This document shows positions 60,543 through 64,000 of a stretch of 64,000 bases of DNA, in pieces. This DNA comes from Magallana gigas. Its lineage: Eukaryota. The notes beneath the pieces were generated by a model that was given only the letters and a program-made list of their open reading frames with translations, was not told the DNA's origin and did not search any database. Location of the stretch: positions 24,304,001 through 24,368,000 of the forward strand of contig NC_088854.1 of assembly GCF_963853765.1 (NCBI RefSeq), read 5' to 3'. The position numbers and the translations under genes are program-made. Each line of letters opens with the position of its first letter. Position 1 is the first letter of the stretch.

Positions 60543-63104
60543 TTAGAACTGGTCACGTGGTTCGATCTCCTCGGTTCGCGGAAAGGATGAGCTAGGCAGC
60601 ACCAAGCGTTTCATCTTGTCATAACTTGACTCCTTGGTGTACGGCCTGTAATCGTTCTCGTCCGGCGGTGCAGCTGGTGGCGATTTTTTGGTGGAGCCCT
60701 TTGGCGGAATGACGACTTTCGGTGGTTCCGCGGATTTAAAGTTGTCTGTGGTTTCGTTTGGCGGGGACGCTTTCAGCGGTCTGCCGTGCCGATCTGTGGT
60801 GGTAAATATATCCATGGAATCGGGACTTTTGTTCGTCCCCGAGGCACCAATAGAATTCATGTCCTTGGAATCGTCTACTTGTCTCGCCATAACAACTCGA
60901 ACCTGTAGAAAAAGGTTGTAGGAGTATCTTGCAAACGAAAACACATATAAATGTGGTCACTGATGATTAAACTGTAATGTAAATAATCTATACTTGTTAG
61001 AGTGTGTACCTGTGTAGTTTTGATTGGGGCACAACAACAACATATGGAGGCTGAAGCAATGGCAAACACCAACTCATTGAAAGCAAAGAAGGCGACCAGA
61101 ATAGGCACCATCCAGCGGTAGGAAGTCGGCTCCAGTTCATGGCGCTGACAAAAACAAATTGGCAACAGTTTGATATTTGGGCATGCTGGTTTATATGACT
61201 ATTTTTGCATCGGTGGTTTTTAATGTAAATAAATGTTCTACAATGATCCAGGAAATCTCACCAGAACTGCCATGGCAATGTTGATGATACAACATACTGG
61301 AGCAAACAACGCAGAACACAGGATGCTGAGCACCAAAAATGTCATTTTCTTGGAATGAAATAAAAGAAGACATGATGATTCATAGAGGAAGATAAGAATT
61401 ATAAGTATAGTGTGTACTTAAAGGAAATGCTGTGAAATTTTAGTCGAAATGTTCCTTATCATTTTTTATAACAACAAAGAATCAATTACTTTATGTTCGG
61501 TATATTCGGTTGGTAAAATGTGTCAACTATTAGACGTATAAAGTTTAATAAAAATCTGGTGGTGAGTGTCATAGTCGGTTTCAAACAGATATCTGATTCC
61601 CGAATAACGCCATATAGACCCACACAGAAGAATTTTGATAATTTTATCTTTCCTAAAAGCGTCAGAAAGATTTGTTGGGATTATGGTTAATACATAGTTA
61701 TACAGATACAAGCGGTCAATTGAAAACCAATGTACATGTAGACATTTAACGGTCAAAAACACACCATCTTTTTACCGACAAATTACATTTTTGGAGACTT
61801 CTGTTCGTTTTTTCATAAACTCTTGTTTCAAACATAATTACGATTGGTCAAAGAATTTAAGGACATAATTATGCATCTTTGGAAACTTCACTAATTACCA
61901 CTATACAACCATGTCTTATGCCTTCATCTCGGATAGGGGTGGAATGGGTTATACAAGTAAGAAGGATATTCTATATAGACATCATGTGCTTCAGCTTTTG
62001 CGATCGTCAATAATTGATGACTAAGCGATGTGTACTAAAACTAACATAAGTTTTCCAATTTTGATAAATTGCTGCTATATTGAAATCGTTGTAAGACTTT
62101 AATATTGCATCTGGTAACACCTGATAAAGGGATTCCCCATAGGACTTTCTTTAAAGAGACAATCGAGATTAGATCAGCAAAATGATCAAATGGAAAATCC
62201 AATCTTGCCACTAGTGAGGGAATGAAGAAAGAAATCTAAGAGATAATCTACTTAAACAATTAAAAAAGCAATTTATATAATGTTTAATGTGGATAAGTAT
62301 CCAAGGTTCGTCACACGTCTAAGCCAGATAGCTTCTGGACAGGAAACAGATAAATCAAACGTCTCAAAACGGTGTTACCTGTATGTTCACAACCTCAAAC
62401 CGGCGAGGAATTTAAGTCAGTTTATTCGAACAATTCAGTGGTCGTTTCATTTATCTTTTAATATCAAGACAAAAAGATGCGCAGTTATAAAAGCATGCAT
62501 ATACTGCATGCATATGAAATTCATATAACAAAAAAAAAATAACATTGCAGCATACTTACAAAATAATTAAGGTTGGACTTGTTTCTTTTGTTCATACACG
62601 CCGCCATACAACCAGTTACACTAAACTGTGAAAAAAGACGTTGAAATTATCCACGTATTCATATTTTGGTCTCAACTATCCCAATCGTTTCAAAAATGTT
62701 TTAATGTTAATGTTTATGACCTTTTCAAAATGACCTTAGAAATATCCAATGATAGTTTGTATATAAGATTGTGTTGAACTATATTCTCTTAAAAAGCCGA
62801 TTTAACGCTTATATTAGGCATCAGAGGGGTTAAGCATGACTGAGGTCCTTACCCAGAGTCCGCACCAGATGGGTGAGGAAGCGATGGTTAGCGTCATCAG
62901 CGTGCTGTCCCCCGCCGTCGCCAATTGGTCATCGTCCATAAATAGATACAGAAAAACGTCCAGCAGACCCAGCACCAGACACGTGACCCCCAGGCCAATC
63001 TGCACCGCCCCCAGGGCCTTGATGGCAGAGTAGGGGAAGTTTTCTATGTCGGTGGTCTCCACCCCGTCAATTTCCGTGTACCGGAGTTTTGATTTTTCTT
63101 CCAT
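60543..63104 (-). CDS. CD20/MS4A-like four-transmembrane protein, copy C (299 aa, long proline-rich tail)
   Basis: Exons 63104-62853, 62625-62560, 61348-61262, 61144-61010 and 60902-60543, all phase 0 with GT-AG introns. Same four-helix pattern as copy B. Confidence 0.87.
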
Positions 63105-64000
63105 TTTGCTTTAGGAACTGGTCCAGGGACCCTATGACTATGAACATAAAGATTAACGTGTGAATGCAGCTGGAAATTAAATTTCTTTAATAGCTTGAGA
63201 GTAGATTTCGCCGGCATCATAAAATGATGGCATTGAAGCAATAACATCAAGAAAGAAGTCAATATGCATTGCAAAGTGTCAATTGTTAATTTGATAATGA
63301 TTGACAAAATTGGACTTTCTTGTTTATTTCAGATCTTGCAACAAATAGCAACATCAATTTTGTGTTGGATCTAAAACAATAAAAAAAATTAGAATGACAT
63401 TTGCATTTTTGCTGGCAACTTGCAAGTAAAAAAGAAACTGATGCTTCTTTCTTTCTAGTCTTCAAAGAAGGTTTTGGTATTTCTATTCTATGTTCTTTAA
63501 ACAAGCAACAATGTAATAAAGTAACGAAATGACTTTGTTTATTGCAAAAAGTATTTTAAACTGTGGCTACATTGACTAGTGAGTTTGACCTTGGTCTTCA
63601 TAAATGAGCTTGAATTGACTAAAATACAAGTACAAAATATTTTGTTTTGTTATTTTTGATTGAAGGAGGAAGTTTTTAAAATGACAGGAAGATTAGAAAA
63701 ACCATATGATAACTAGTATAATTTTCGATTTCTGAGACATAAAATAAAACATATAATGCTCAATTTTGGTGTAATTCGATTTATCTTAAAGCTTTACACG
63801 GATATTGGTCCCAACTTTTTAAAATCGGAAAACACAATAAAACACAATATTACTTTGTTGTAGATGACGCATTAAAACGGGTCTATAAACCTGGAATGTG
63901 TATTCTTGGGGAATCTTTACTGTTGTTAAGAGACCAATTCATCACAAATTACCGATTAACTCGACGGCTGAAATCCCTCTGTAATTCCACGCGTGTTCGA

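Overview
AT-rich, intron-containing animal DNA, most likely an oyster (Crassostrea/Magallana-like; inferred from repeat families and gene structure, not proven). All multi-exon models were built by hand from GT-AG sites and checked for phase. From left to right: (1) two convergent innexin genes (+ 2340-3732, - 8395-7189), each with one large coding exon and tiny candidate first exons; (2) a 30-bp minisatellite; (3) a spliced DegT/DnrJ/EryC1/StrS-family PLP enzyme (- strand) ending in the peroxisomal signal SKL; (4) MALSU1 (+, 5 exons, 318 aa); (5) CWC22 (-, 19 coding exons, about 1546 aa with very long RS/RD-rich tails); (6) a 111-N gap; (7) a tandem array of three CD20/MS4A-like four-transmembrane genes (-), one frameshifted. 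Introns and intergenic DNA carry many non-autonomous elements: MITEs, Helentron-type elements with satellite arrays, a decayed PIF/Harbinger element, LINE fragments and a TRIM with tRNA-like LTRs. The two most unusual signals are a pair of hairpin elements with unrelated arms but shared terminal and core motifs (one shown by a paralogous empty site to have inserted without a target-site duplication), and the peroxisome-tagged, bacterial-type sugar aminotransferase. No CRISPR array, rRNA gene or convincing tRNA gene was found.
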